A stretch of DNA of 64,000 nucleotides from Lingula anatina (Eukaryota; Animalia; Brachiopoda). A model generated the notes under the pieces. It made no database searches, was not told the origin of the DNA, and saw only the letters and a list, made by a program, of their open reading frames with translations. A program made the translations under genes and the position numbers. Position 1 is the first letter of the stretch, and the number at the start of each line of letters is the position of its first letter. Shown one piece after another: positions 10,481 to 24,159 of this stretch. Location of the stretch: positions 7,440,001 to 7,504,000 of the forward strand of contig CM120643.1 of NCBI GenBank assembly GCA_051362555.1, in the 5' to 3' direction.

Positions 10481-13400
10481 TCTTTTATTCTACAAAGAAA
10501 TTGTAGGAGCCGTCCGCACTGGACAAATTCCCCCAGGACTGGAATTTTTAAGAAAATAATAAGAAAATAATAAAGCTTGATGAAAGTATTGATCAAATAG
10601 GTCCATGATCATTAATATAAAGCGTGTTATTATATACAGGTAAAATTTTACAAGGAATTAGCTTCTTAGATAGAGATAGCTTCTTGATCCTGGACAACGT
10701 CTCTACGTGAATTTCCAGAGAAAAAAACATCGCCTGCAGGGGCCTCAAGTACGATTACCACTGTTATTTGGAACTCTTTTTTCATATAAATGAAATTAAT
10801 GACATATGGACACTTTTGAAATGAGTGAATTCAGTAGAAAAAGTTCCGAGTATTTAAAAAAATTATTATGAGACTCCGAAGATATTATAAGAAAAATGAT
10901 CATATCAGCGCCCTCTATCATTTATCACTGTCTTCACTAGCACAATATGATGAAATTCATGGACAACGTCACAGTCATGTTGAGAAAGTTTGAGGTCAAA
11001 TACTGTAGCATAATCACTGTTGTAACTCAACTTCCTCTATTCTCCCTGACCATTACATAGGCCTACCTGTCAACATGGACAATTGCCAGAGAGGAACATT
11101 CCCGCGCAAGACCTACGTCCCCCACCCCGAAACACACACACACACACACACACACATACACACACAATTAACTTTTATGCTTAGGAAAATAACGCCTCGG
11201 TTAGAAATGTGTTGTTAGCAGTTTGCTATAGTAGAATGCTTTAACTACACAAAATGATACAGGAAAATCAAATCTGCAATTAAGAACTTTATTATATTCC
11301 AATTCAAGACATTCAATGTTTCAAGAGGTTCATCAGCTTGGTCATACTAACAGCCTGTTTTAATCAATAATTAAAACAAGACAATTTTTGCGCTCCGTTT
11401 CAGTCTCCGTTATGTTGCTTTCATCGGGGATTCAGCTTATTGCACACCTCAGGTAGAGGTGACACTCAGGTCGTTAGCCTAGCTTTCTTTTACTGGAACA
11501 TTTTTGAAACATTGTTGAGATTTCTTTATGAAGTCTCAAATATCTCACTTCGAAAAAAAATTCATTTTTTCTTAATTTAAAAAGCAAATTATCATTCTGT
11601 CCTTCAAACCGCAATCTGTACAACTCTCTTTTTTAGCCCATTACCTATGGGGATAGTTCTGCAAAAGCACTAAATCCCATTCATTAGCATTTCTTATGTT
11701 TTCTGATGTATTCTGGATAATTGCACAAATAGGCCCTAATACATAAATGAAAATGTGCAACATTTCGTGCAAGTTGGCAAACATACTTAATGTGATCATC
11801 GCCGACAGTTTGTGTAGTTCAAAAATAGCAAAATTTGACTTCACGTAAATTCTGTCGACACTGCGTAGAGATTTTACGTCGTTTTTTCACGCGCCATTAC
11901 GTTGCTTGTGTGTGAAAACGCTAATTTCAATGAAAAATGCCTATAATTTCTTTCTATTTTAATCTTTTAAAATTTCAATTTCAAGACATGACAGACAAGT
12001 ATGTAAGCTTCAATTTTATTCATTGGGACAACATTTCAGAGGAAGAATTTGATAGAGTAAATCAGCGCTAAATTATAACGCCACGATGATTTTCTCGCAT
12101 AACGTCAGCATAACATTTGCTGGAACTTATTTTGATTTTAGTTCATTTCGTAGAGTTGACGATTTGCCAGTTTATTTTCGAGTGCTGCGTTTTTAGTAAT
12201 GGCGCTCTTTCTCATTAGACGTCATCTTGGAATTCGAAGTCCATCTTTGTGAATTACTATAGTTGAAACATAGGGTAGGCCTAGTTACATAAGTAGAAAA
12301 AATAAATCTGAACAGGTTTTTTTAGAGGCAAAAGTTGTAAAAGTTTGTATAACCTGGTGTGTTAAAGTTAAAGGACACTGGTAAACACCCGAACGCACTC
12401 AAAACTCAATTTCCCAAACCTTTTATAGGCTACCATCATCCATACCCTCCCCCCATCATTTTTGTGTAGTTTTTTTTTCAACATATTTCCTTTTGAATTC
12501 TTTTGAATTGTTCGTCGACATCTAATTTTAACTAAAATATCATATTGTCATTTTCAATAGCTTACTAGGTAATTTCTTTATGAACTTTTTATCCCCCCTC
12601 CCCGCCTCGCGTTATGTCTTCACTAACACAATGAGGTGATATTTTGTGGAATCCGTCACAATCATGGTTGAGACAGCATCAGAATCAAAACAATGCAGTC
12701 TCTATCGTAAGGTCTCTTTGGTCAAACATAGCAAAAACTGCTCAGATATTCAAATCAGTGGACCTTATTGAGTCATATCAAGAAAGCCAGTGACCCACAT
12801 AATGTCGTTTCAATTTGGGGTTGATAAGGATCTGAAGTTAATTTTCGTCTGGCATTTTTTAAAATATACTGAACACAAACGTCGTGCAATGCATTTTTAA
12901 TGTTGTAAAGTACAAATGAAGTTCCATCCGTGAAATATTGGTGAGAGTTGAAAAGAAAAGGCGGCCACTTCAGCCTGCCACCTCCCCTACCATGAATGTA
13001 ATGGGATGGACAGCCTGGAAGGAGACGTCACTGCCTCAGTGCTGAGTGATCAGGAAGTGGAGCGAAGGCGGCTTAGATATTAAGTATACGAATATCGTAA
13101 TTTCAGCCATATTAATATAACGTTTTAAGAAATCAATGTTAGGTATTTGGTGATAAGTTAATTGTGATTTATTTTTGAAAATTGTTTTGACACCAGGTCG
13201 CTTTAAAGTGGTCTTGAACATTTCCCAACATTTTCCCCACGTACAATTTATTTCCTCCTTCAACTTCATCTCATCAAGTCTCATAAAACAAAGATGCAGT
13301 TGCACTTCATGTTAAGTATTTTGAACTTTGTCGGTAGAAATAGTAGTGGCAGTGGAAGTTTACTGTGAGAAATGACCAAGGAGGGGAAAATGCTGTGAAA

Positions 13401-14962
13401 TGTCTTGTGAGAGTCTGGCAATTGACATGTTGATATTTAGTGAGTGGTTGGTAGTGGAATTATAGAATATGTCATAGGTATAGTAACAAACATCCATTTC
13501 CTAAGTAAAGAACATAATTCAAGTATTAAGGGGATATAGTAATACACTTCCATTTCGAATATTGGCAAGATTCGTAAATTAAGATTTAACATTTCATTTC
13601 AATAAAATGTGTGAGCTAAAATGTAGTTGTATTGATTTCTGCGTGACATGTTATAAGATCAACCTTTCAAGACATAAGGGGCGAACTGATGACCCGAAAT
13701 GCTGTTCTGAACGGGTTTGAAAAGGCTCTGTCCACAGGAATCTTTTACGTTTTTTTATATCAATATGGCATCAGGAATTTGAGGTGATTTGCTAATTATA
13801 TGTAACATATTTAAAACGTAATGATATATCAGAAAACATGGTCATCAGTTAAAAACTTGCTTTATTGTATTGAAGTATGTTGTATACTATCGTAGTGTTA
13901 AGTTTGTCACACGTGACATTTGTGAAATGGTACTATTTGTGGTATTCTTCAGCAAGACAGCAGGGGGTGACTTTCTAGTTTGGATGAGAATAAAGTACGC
14001 TAAAATACACAAATTTTATGTAATATTCAGCAATTTCACCTAAATCACCAATGAACACATTATCAAATCCATTTATAAATTCTACAAGTCCGGTGTCGAA
14101 TTCTTAATTTCTGTTTTTAGTAAACTTCAGTCTCATTCTCTAAATGTACTGAAATAAAAAATGAGACGACTTACGCTCATTGTGTGTCTTTCTTTCAATG
14201 TTCAGAAGGAAAAAAAGGATTATCGTCTCTTGAAATGTGAGTATTTGCTGTCTTGTTGAGTAAGAGATGCCATTTTACGAATCAAGATCGATTATTTTAT
14301 TTCTCAGGTGAAGTATGTAGAATTAAGAAATTTCGTTTCTATTTGAGAAAAATCCCTTCTTGAAAAGCTGATTTCGTACATGTAAATACCATTCATATGA
14401 TGGAAAAGACACTATTTTCGTGTTTTACTTATCTCTGAACGTAGTTCTTACAATGTAAAATATGTACACGTTTTATCCTGAAATATATGTTTTCTGCCAT
14501 TAATCTGTTGAACAAATACATTTATGGGAATGAAAATTGCTTTATTTTCCAAATTTAACTGTTTTCGGCAATTCTGTCTTAACAGCATCATTCTATCGAC
14601 CAGATGATGCAGAAATTATTGATGTACATTCGAATTTATTCGAATTTATGTTCAGAAGGTTTTTTTTCGAATTGAAAATAGATGTAGGAAATATGAGAAA
14701 AATCGTTATCTGTCCCTTGGATTTTAAGCATGATTTCATGTAAATGTAGTTTGTTTTCTAATTGAAAATGGATGTAGTAGACTATAGGAAATATGAGAAA
14801 TATCGTGATCTGCCCATTGGATTTTAGCCCAAATTTCATAAGTGAACATGTAGTTTGTTCTCTAAGTAGTTTTTGCAAGGAAATTTTTTTTATTTCATAT
14901 TCACTTTACTATCTAATGTTCATTAGTCTTTCCAGTTTGTCAATAGCTGTTAGTATAAACGT

Positions 14963-14965
<3 letters not shown>

Positions 14966-15037
<72 letters not shown>
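14966..15037. repeat. (TA)n microsatellite
   Basis: Read directly. Confidence 0.95.
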
Positions 15038-15040
<3 letters not shown>

Positions 15041-15196
15041 ATGTAGGACTTTTGACACTTTTTTTGCCAAACATAACGAAAGTGCGTATCCGTTTTTTGC
15101 TCCCAACAATAAGTGTTTGACTGAAAAAAGCGTGCAATTTTAAACAGAGCATTTAATAAAAATCTCATAATTGTCATTATTATATAGAAAAAAAAA

Positions 15197-15330
15197 CAAT
15201 GGCGGATCCAGGACATTTTAAAGGGGTCAGATGTTGACATTTGGAGCGAGATGGAGTATTTTGAGGACTTGATCATGTGAGTCCAGAATGGGTCTCTCTC
15301 CTCGGGGAGGGCGGAGACTAGATCCACCTT
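15197..15330. mobile_element. Decayed hAT-like MITE
   Basis: CAATGGCGGATCCAG...CTAGATCCACCT imperfect TIRs. Confidence 0.45.
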
Positions 15331-15689
15331 TTTATTTTATTTTATTTATTTTTTATTGAAGAAGTTGAAATGTTTTGTTTTTGTCGTTAAGAACAAACAT
15401 AAGACCATTAGTGTGGTAAATAGTTTATTTGTCAAGTCGAATATATAAGAATGTTATATTTTTTACACCTGCAAGTGAATTTAAATGCAGGCATCATAAT
15501 ATTATACTATAATATCATAATATTCTTTTAGATACTAAACGCTTTTTAACTTGTAGTAATAAAAAGACTGAAGACGATGATATTTTACAGGTATATGTTT
15601 TATAAATATTTGAATACATAAAAGCAATTTGTATTGCTCTTAATAAAACACTTATTGAATATACAAAATGTCTTAGTGTTTTTACTGAT

Positions 15690-16075
15690 GGCTACATGGC
15701 TCAGTGAAAGCCTGGGGTTGGGGTTCGATTCCTGGCTCGGGCACTTTGGAATTACAAAGGGGTGCTATTAGAAATTTTATTTGCTTACTATAAGAAGAAC
15801 GTCTACCCGGGGAGGGTGGGTTGGAACACTTAGAGGAGTAGGTAACACGCTTGCCTCTGAGACAGAAGGTCCCCAGTTCGATTCCTGGCGCTTCTAGGTC
15901 CCAGCAAATTACCTTTTGCAAAAATAAACCCAAATAAACAATTCAAACTACTATAAGAGGATCATACGAATGAGGAAAAACGCGAACTGAGACAGTGGCT
16001 CAGTAGGTAAGGCGACAGACTAAGAAGTAGAAAAGGACGAGCTAGGAGTTGAAAACCAAAGGTTCAAGTCGAGCT
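15690..16075 (+). other. Three tandem degenerate tRNA-like (Pol III A/B box) units
   Basis: A-box/B-box pairs: TGGCTCAGTG 15697 with GGTTCGATTCC 15722; TAGAGGAGTAGG 15831 with AGTTCGATTCC 15875; TGGCTCAGTAGG 15996 with GGTTCAAGTC 16061. None folds into a clean cloverleaf. Confidence 0.6.
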
Positions 16076-16980
16076 GAAGAAAAGAAAGTCAAGAATAAAC
16101 ATGAGACATTTTGCACATCATCTATTACAACTTTTATGTACGTTTATTATAACAAATACAAACAACTACACCATACAGATGTATGCAAATTCCAAACATT
16201 ACGTTTTGGCTCTACATAAAAAGTAATTTTCATAACGACTGCGCAATTTGAGATATAAATTAATCTTAAATACAACTATCTACAACTAAATGTGTGGGAG
16301 ATTATATACATTTTGAATATTGTCGCTCAAGATCAATCATTTTGGTTTTAAAAAAGTGCTCAAGAACACTGCATTCAAGACGACATAATACTGACCAGAA
16401 CATGAAATTCTCAGGTTTTTGCCCAGAGTTAAAAGAGAAAGTTGAAGATTTGACGATGTTTTTTACATCCATCTTTCAAAGTTGAATTTGATGTATTTGT
16501 CTTGTGACTGATCCAAAATTTCTCTAGGGACATTTTTTATCCAAATTCAAGGGTGGTAACAGTATAGAAAATTCAAAATGCATATGATCTCATGTAAGCG
16601 TTCTCCCCGCACGCGGGTACACACTCCTGACCCCACAACTAACTGTATGTCCCCATGCTGATGATCACACACAACACCAAACAGCAGTCAAACATTATTC
16701 AGTTCTGTAAATTTAATGAATGCTTTCTCATAGATAAATAAATATGTTTTTCTTCTCTTTAAATCTTAAAATAGGAACAAATTTATGCGCCGTGCGAATC
16801 AAGAACAGCATGAAGACATGGTCAGTTTACAACCTTATCCTAGTCAATAGTCATTTTATACAATATTACGTAAACAAAATTAAAAAGGTTATGCAAAAAC
16901 AAGTTTACTTAAAATAACTATACGGTCACTTGTGCTCAGTGATTCAGAAACACTCAGCAAAAATAACCCAACAGCATGTG

Positions 16981-17500
16981 CAGGACTGGCACCTAATCAG
17001 GCCTTTTGTTCTCAATCACTCCTTGATCCCGACCGAAATATAGAATAAAGAAAGTGCCAAGTACAAGATCAGCATTAAATAAAACACTGAACTTCCTATT
17101 TTTTATTAAACTTTTAGCCTTACCAATCAAAGTGTCATCTTTCTGATGAAATTTTGATTTTTCACATTTGATTAGACAAATGCAACAAAACAAAGGATTT
17201 TAAACAATAATTCAGTAAATTGGCAATTAACTGGCCAAATCATACACTAAACTACAATGTACCAAATATAAAAACAGATACGTATGCAGATTTTATGTTA
17301 ATTCAATAAAGATTTTATTTTGTTTTTAGAGGATTGGCAAAAGTTGACAGTCTACAAAAGTTCGTCAAATTACTAGGAAATACCGATACCCCCTCCCCCC
17401 CCCCCCCCAAAAAAAAAAAGTTTTGCGACAACTGTAGTTAACGATAAGAATATGATAAGGATTTTCAAGTTATTAAAGGATACGATAAATGCCAGTCCTG
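16981..17500. mobile_element. hAT-like MITE
   Basis: Perfect inverted repeat (GTG)CAGGACTGGCA / TGCCAGTCCTG(CAC). TSD not clean. Confidence 0.55.
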
Positions 17501-20001
17501 CACGTACACTTTAATTGTCAAAGGATGCCAAAATAAAACACTTTGTTTCTCTTAACAATTCCGCTTTGTAACGAAGGCAAAAAGCCAATTTTCCTTCTTA
17601 AATAACCAAAACATATAAATTTCGAAAAAAAAAACGACCCAACCCCTGGTTTGATTTTCTGAAAACAAAAACATTTCTACCGCCTCCCAGCAATAAAACT
17701 ATGGGTCTATCACAGATCAGACATACAAAACAGCGGGAACCAAAGGAAGTTTATTCTTACCATGCGTCATATCCATAATTTTAGAAAGGCCTGTTTTAAT
17801 ACGTGTAGGCAATTCTGTAATAACTTGAGCACATTTCATAATTTCATACTTCCGATAATTCTAAAGTGTCATAATTTGGATTACAGTGTTAACAGCTTAT
17901 TGTAGTTTTATATCTCGGTCATTTCTTCCAATAAAAGATTCTTGTAAAATATCCTTCCAAGAAAAGATTCCTGTATACATTTTACGCACGAGTCTACTAA
18001 TTTTTTTTAAGTTAACTTCATTAAAATCAATATTTGTATCCATATCCAATTCAATATGAATAAAAATGTATTTTCGAGTGCATAACAAAGCGTCTTATTA
18101 CATATTTGCCCACACAATTTTACAATCAAACATTAAACCGGTCATACCACTACAGCGCTCTACCTGCACATCACATAATGATTGTTTTACAACAATTAAT
18201 TTTATTTTCTTAGATCACTTAAGCAAGGCACTTTTTTTGTTTTAGGATAATTTCAAAGTGTCTTTTCAGGTTCGAGAACTGGAGGTTATGAACAAAAGAT
18301 TCTAAACGATGATAAAAACATCGTGTGCAGATAGAGTGCTGTACTGCAACCTATTTACATATGTATAATAATAAATCAGCGACGTGCAGAGTTGACCCTT
18401 GGATTTGGTCCATTTTATCAGAAGTTCCATGAATAAAACATTTGTTACACGCTGCACTTCATTTGATACACGCTTTGATGCAGAATATTACAACCCAAAG
18501 CAAATATTACATTTCAAACCAAATCAAATGTCAACCCTGCAAGTTTTAACTTTAACTGCAAGTCAAAACTATACGCAAAACTTCGACACACAAGACAACG
18601 TTGACATGGGTGCAGGCGCTGGCTAACACGAATCTGATGTCTTTTCTGGGAGTGCGTCCAATCTCATCGTAGACGGTTGTTACGAGGCACTGAAATTAAA
18701 TGAAAAATGAAATAAATTAAACAAAATTCATAACAATATCTAAGGATCTGACAAAGTGAAATACATAATAATATAAACAAACTTGTTTGGTTTTTGACTT
18801 TCTTAGTTTTACATTATTTTGCGTATTTTGTGGGTAGTGTGATATAAATTCAGCATTTTATTGCTACATGTGCTTATTAAAACCTTTTCAGAATGATTCT
18901 ACCAATTACTTTATTCCAATGCATCCACACTTAAATAATTTCGTAATCCGAATGCTGACACTTTAGCTCAACTTTTTAAAACCAAACACTTAATGGAAAC
19001 ATTTCATTTCAGATTATAATATCAAGGACGGTATGTAATTGAAATTGAAATCAGGAAAAAATGAAGTCAAGGGAGGTCGACATTGCCCAGCAAATATACA
19101 TTTGCTTTACTGGTCGGGGTTAGTTCTCTTAAAAACCACTTGTTTATTGTCAGTTAACTTTAATAAACAGGATACATGTGTACAAGCCGCCGTCACAAAA
19201 AAGGCACCCATTGGGAGCTGAGAATGTACTGGTAGTTATCTGCTTTGTCGTCTTGCTTTGTTTAAGACGGAATAACGCGTTCAGACCTTTGGACGGCTGG
19301 GATAATCTTCTCACTTCTTTATGAGCAAATACTTTTCTTCTGGAAAAAGCAATATAAAAAGTTATTAAACTTTCCAAGCTCATTTCAGCATTCATGTCAA
19401 TGAAATATATCCAAGAGCCATTACGTCTGAAGTGGGAAATGCATACTTTTTGATAAAATATCGTCAACATAAACCTATCAGTGTTGTCTTATATCATCTA
19501 TACAGTACTTACAACAAAATACATCAGTTCTCAGTGCCAAAATTTCAGTCTACGTGTGGACATTGTGGTGATGTGGCACGTGAAGCTTCTTCCTCTTCCT
19601 TCTGACCTTGGTCCTATCTGAATACCTCTCACTAAAATGCTCACCGGGTTTACATAATAATAGCACTGACTGTGGGATTGTGTTAGAGAAGACACGATGC
19701 GGCTTAACGCAATCTAAACGTTATCATCAGGTTATTGCACAAACAAACCATTTTGTTTTGTCCATCTATAGACCTTCATCCCAAATAAATGAGGTTTTTA
19801 TTATTAAAGCATCCCAATTAAAACATACTGTTGCCTATTGCTCTAGCACTGTAAATATTTAACACTAGAGTTGTGGCGACTAAGGTTTGTACATGTATAT
19901 CTAACATTTTAATTTTTATGCAGCAGTACATATGAACCCAAATATGCTTCTTAGAAAAAACAAATCACATAAGAATCAGTTTACTGAGTTACGCATCATT
20001 C

Positions 20002-20454
20002 GTGAAGGTATTGTTTTCTGATTTCATTGTTTGTTCTCTGTTGTCGCGACTCTGTGGTTGCGTGCGACGTTGTATATGTGCGCACGCTTGTTTTTACGTC
20101 GCTTATTCTTCTTTGTTACGTTAAAATGATACATACGTTACCGATACATACGTTACCATGAAGCGTGTAAATATTTATTCTATTTTCATTGGTTTTCTTT
20201 CGCTTTGTGGGCCAACACTTATGTCTTTTATTTGTGTTTCATTAAAATAGTGTTGGCGCACAAAAGGAGAGACAACCAATGAAAATAGAATAAATAATAT
20301 TTACACGCTTTATGGTAACGTATGTATCATTTTAACGTAACAAAGAAGAATGAGCGACGTAATAACATGCATGCGCACATATACAACGTCGCACGCAACC
20401 ACAGACTCGCGACAACAGAGAACAAACAATGAAATTAGAAAACAATACCTTCAC
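20002..20454. repeat. About 450-bp foldback palindrome, copy 1
   Basis: GTGAAGGTATTGTTTTCT...AGAAAACAATACCTTCAC with arms of about 210 bp around a roughly 30-bp spacer. Confidence 0.9.
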
Positions 20455-20572
20455 ATTATTTGGTAACGTATGTATCAGTGACGTATGTATCATATAAACT
20501 ATTTCAACAAACGGTTTCAAGACAAAAATCTTTACTTGCCCTGCTTTTCCTTCTTATTGTAATGTTGTATAG

Positions 20573-21824
20573 TATGGGCGTAACTAGGCATACGCACAGA
20601 CGCACTGTGCGTACAATTTTTTTTGGCCAAGCATGATAATATTTTATATAAATTTAGTGTATTTTTCACGGAATATAATCAAAAATCTTCTGCGAGTTAA
20701 AGTCACCTGTATTTACATATCCTCTGTATCAATTGCATACGCACCATTGTTCTGACACCCCGTCTTGCATACTTTTATTAAATAGAGGTAAACTATGCCT
20801 GTTGCCTATACAAGTCCTATCTTAATCGTCCATCTAACTGGAACTTCCCTTTACCTCTTAATTTGAGGGTAAGTGGCCTTCCACACTCCCATGGCTTTTG
20901 TCTTGAGAGTACAGAACGCACTCCGCTGGCGATATTTATCTCAGGTAAAAATCTACCTGTGCGTTATTTTAAAAGAGCATGCAGCTCTCGCAGACCTGGG
21001 GGCACAAGATAAAATCTGGACACCAGGTTAAATAAGGAGCTGGAGAAACAAAGGAATAATTTTTCCTGCAAAGCTTCAAAGAATTTTAACACGAACTTGA
21101 TCCAGCTTAGTCCTCCAAACTAACAGGGTGACATGGGCAATTTTTACAAACAAACAATTAAACTAAAATGTATCAGAGCTCTGTCGTGTCATATAATTGG
21201 TTGTTTTTGGGAGTCATGCACCCGCATGTCAGCTGGATGATACCGTATTCAATATTTAAGTTACATGCTTAGTAATTTGATCGTGGAGATGACCATGGAT
21301 ATCACGAAGTGGATCGCAAGAAAGCGTAATGATATTGCGACAATCAACTGTTGTTCAGATTTTTTAACGAAAACTCAGGATAACTGGCGCAAACGTGCAC
21401 GGGACGACGCTGGCGATACAGCAGAAACAGCAGAGACAGAGCCGTTGTCAAAGCAGCAAAAAACTGTTTCACATGAGCCTACTGCAGCTAGCCTCGACAT
21501 TGGAAAGATGAGTCAGCCACTGTCTAACAGCGACAGACTTGGAGTCCTTACTTCAAGGTTTAGACCGTCCAAAGAATGGAAAGCGCCTTTAAGAGAGTTA
21601 AGTGGCAACAACCGGTGAAGCTTTAGCTGGTCTTGTAAAATCTACCATCATGGACTTGGGCCTCGACCTTGAGAATCTCGTCGGGCAGGGCTACGACGGA
21701 GCTGGAAACATGAGTGGAAAGGTATCTTTTTACTGTTTTTTATATAACAAAAGAATAATCCAGAACAGTATTTTAAAATGTCTGTGAATTTAACTAGATG
21801 TGAGATGTTAATTAATTAATTAAT

Positions 21825-21867
<43 letters not shown>

Positions 21868-24095
21868 TTCATTTTTAACATTTATTTATTCATCTATTTA
21901 TTTTATTAACAAATCAATCATTTCGTTTTTCATTTATTCATTCCTTTTTTATTGATTTATTAAAGGTGAAGGGCGTTCAAGCAAGGATCCAGCAGGAGTA
22001 CCCCATGGCACAGTATGTCCATTGCAAGTCCCACAACCTTAACCTAGCAATCGGCCATAGTTGCAACATCCTTCCGATACGCAACTTATATACCACAGTT
22101 GGCGAGGTAATTTAAATAATATTTAAAACTTAAATACAATTTAAGTATAAAGGGTTGACAGCTCATGAACATATCTCCATCTGGATTTTAATCAATCCTT
22201 TATTTTGTTCATAAATTCAGGATATTTCTGCGTCAAACACACTTTTGCTAGTCACAGTTAAGATAACTTAAAAATTTCTTGTTTTTTTGTCGGTATTTCA
22301 GGATTTATTCTTCATCAACGCATCACCTAAGAGACTTGCAGTCTATCACTCCTCCTGTAAAAAATGTGTTTGAATTCCGTCTCTTATGTTATTTTTTATT
22401 AATATTTCAGGCTTTGTTCTTTATCACTGCATCACCAAAGAGACTTTCCGTCTACCGATCCTATGGCGACGACACCTCCACGCGTCTTCAAAACTTCTGT
22501 CCAACGAGATGGAGCCAGAGAGAGGAAAGCTTGGGCACTCTCATTGGAAGGTTCGGGCAGGTTCAGGACACGCTGATGGAACTGGAAAAAGATAAAGACA
22601 TCAAAACATCAACTACGGCGGCAGGGCTTTTCCGGGCTATGGACAGCTTCGAATTCGTCGCCCCTCTTTTTATCGCGCATCGGCTACTCCGGTACACTGT
22701 CCCTCTGTGCAAGCTGCTCCAGCTGACAGACTGTGATCTGGTTCAGGCATCTTCCCAAGCGACAAGACTGCGCGATCTCTATCAGGAGAAAAGGGACAAC
22801 GGCTTCTTCGACGAGGTGTGGGGGGAAATGGTGGAGTTTGCTCCCCAACATGACATAGAGGTGTCTGTCCCCAGGAGAGCAGCGAGGCAAATCCACCGAA
22901 ACAATGCACCGGCGGCATCTCCCAAAGACTACTGGCGTGTCAATGCATTCCTCCCTTTTGCTGACCATGTGATTTCGGAGATTTCGACCCGTCTCTGCAC
23001 TTCCTTCCCACGACTGTTGGCACAGAGTTTGATCCCACAGCGTCTGTCCAACCTGACCGACGAAGAATGGACGCAAATAAAGTCGGAATATGGCCTGGTC
23101 CTCGATTACAATGCGGACATTGAGTTGGAGCTCTGGCGACAAGCCGTGAACACGGGGGACATCACTGGGGTGGACTTAGAGGATGCGGTGAAAGCAAGTT
23201 ATGGTTTGTTCCCCAACATTCATAGGATCCTCAAGATTCTTCTTACTATGCCAGTGTCGACAGCAACAGCAGAAAGATCATTTAGCGCTATGAGACGTCT
23301 AAAGACATATCTAAGATCTACCATGTCCGACAAACGATTGTCGTCATTGGGACTATTACGTGTTCACAGAGAGTTCAAGATAGACATAGACCAGGTTCTT
23401 AAGGACTTTGACTGCTCAGGCCACAGAAGAATTCACATGGCTTTTGAGTAAAGACTGTCGCTTTTATACTCACTCATGTGTTGCATCAAAAAACGGTGTC
23501 ATTCTTACAATGAATAGATAATTAAAATAGTTGTTAAATGAATTATGAGAAAACGCATGTGCAATCAAACTGTTTTATATTTTTCAGTGATAACTTTTTA
23601 ATTAACAAGACAGTCAGCAGGTGCAATCCTTTTGTTTTAACATTTTAAGAGAGTGATTAAATATATAAAACACAGCTTTCTAATGAATTATCACTGTTTC
23701 TCCATCACGACGAAAAATGCATTCTCCAATATATGATCAGTGTTTCACACCAAACAACAGTGCCACAACATAATTCAGAATTGAGTTTGATACAAGCAGA
23801 CAATGCAGCCTAAACTGCAGTTCGTTCAGTGCCCAAAGTTGATGTTTCAGTTAGCCTCCTTTTAAATAGATATACCGTTCTGGGTGAATTAAAACATTGA
23901 AACTTAATTAAATCGCGAGAATATTTTTGAGTTAAAGGATAATTTTATTATTAAAGGAAATTAAGCTGCGATGTGTGGTACATATGCCGTGATTACACTG
24001 TCCTTCATCTGTTGCGTCAGTCTACATTTTGCTTTACGTGCTGGGAATTTTAAAAATCTGTGCGTACAATTTTTAAAGGTCTGGTTACGCCCCTG
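20573..24095 (+). mobile_element. hAT DNA transposon (ZMYM1/THAP12-like transposase), internally deleted
   Basis: TIRs TATGGGCGTAACTAG and CTGGTTACGCCCCTG. Subterminal CTGTGCGTACAATTTTT occurs at both ends. Encodes transposase exons. Confidence 0.85.
21265..23451 (+). pseudogene. Spliced hAT transposase: N-terminus 21265-21610, then exons to 21721, 21966-22106 and 22411-23451
   Basis: GQGYDGAGNMSGK|VKGVQARIQQEYPMAQYVHCKSHNLNL...VGE|ALFFITASPKR...CPTRW...PVSTATAERSFSAMRRLKTYLRSTM (hAT dimerisation domain). Phase-0 GT-AG introns at 21722-21965 and 22107-22410. The zinc finger and first catalytic Asp region are missing at about 21605. Confidence 0.9.
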
Positions 24096-24159
24096 TTATA
24101 CCGTAAGAATAAGGCGTTTGCTCACAAAACGGACAACAAACAATAAAAAACAAAAGTAT

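Noticed and set aside
12372-13202. Kolobok-like MITE between two TTAA sites
   Set aside because: TIR match (AGGACACTGGT versus AGCGACCTGGT) is too weak to support.
13681-13710. CTGATGA-CC-CGAAA hammerhead-like core
   Set aside because: No room for stem II and no proper NUH site.
15823-15896. Functional tRNA gene
   Set aside because: Acceptor and anticodon stems pair poorly. Kept only as tRNA-like.
18540-19640. Possible minus-strand exons (about 18690 and 19630 acceptors)
   Set aside because: No recognisable protein motif or consistent joined frame.
22670-23142. Minus-strand ORFs of 82 and 152 aa
   Set aside because: Antisense shadows of the GC-richer hAT transposase exon.
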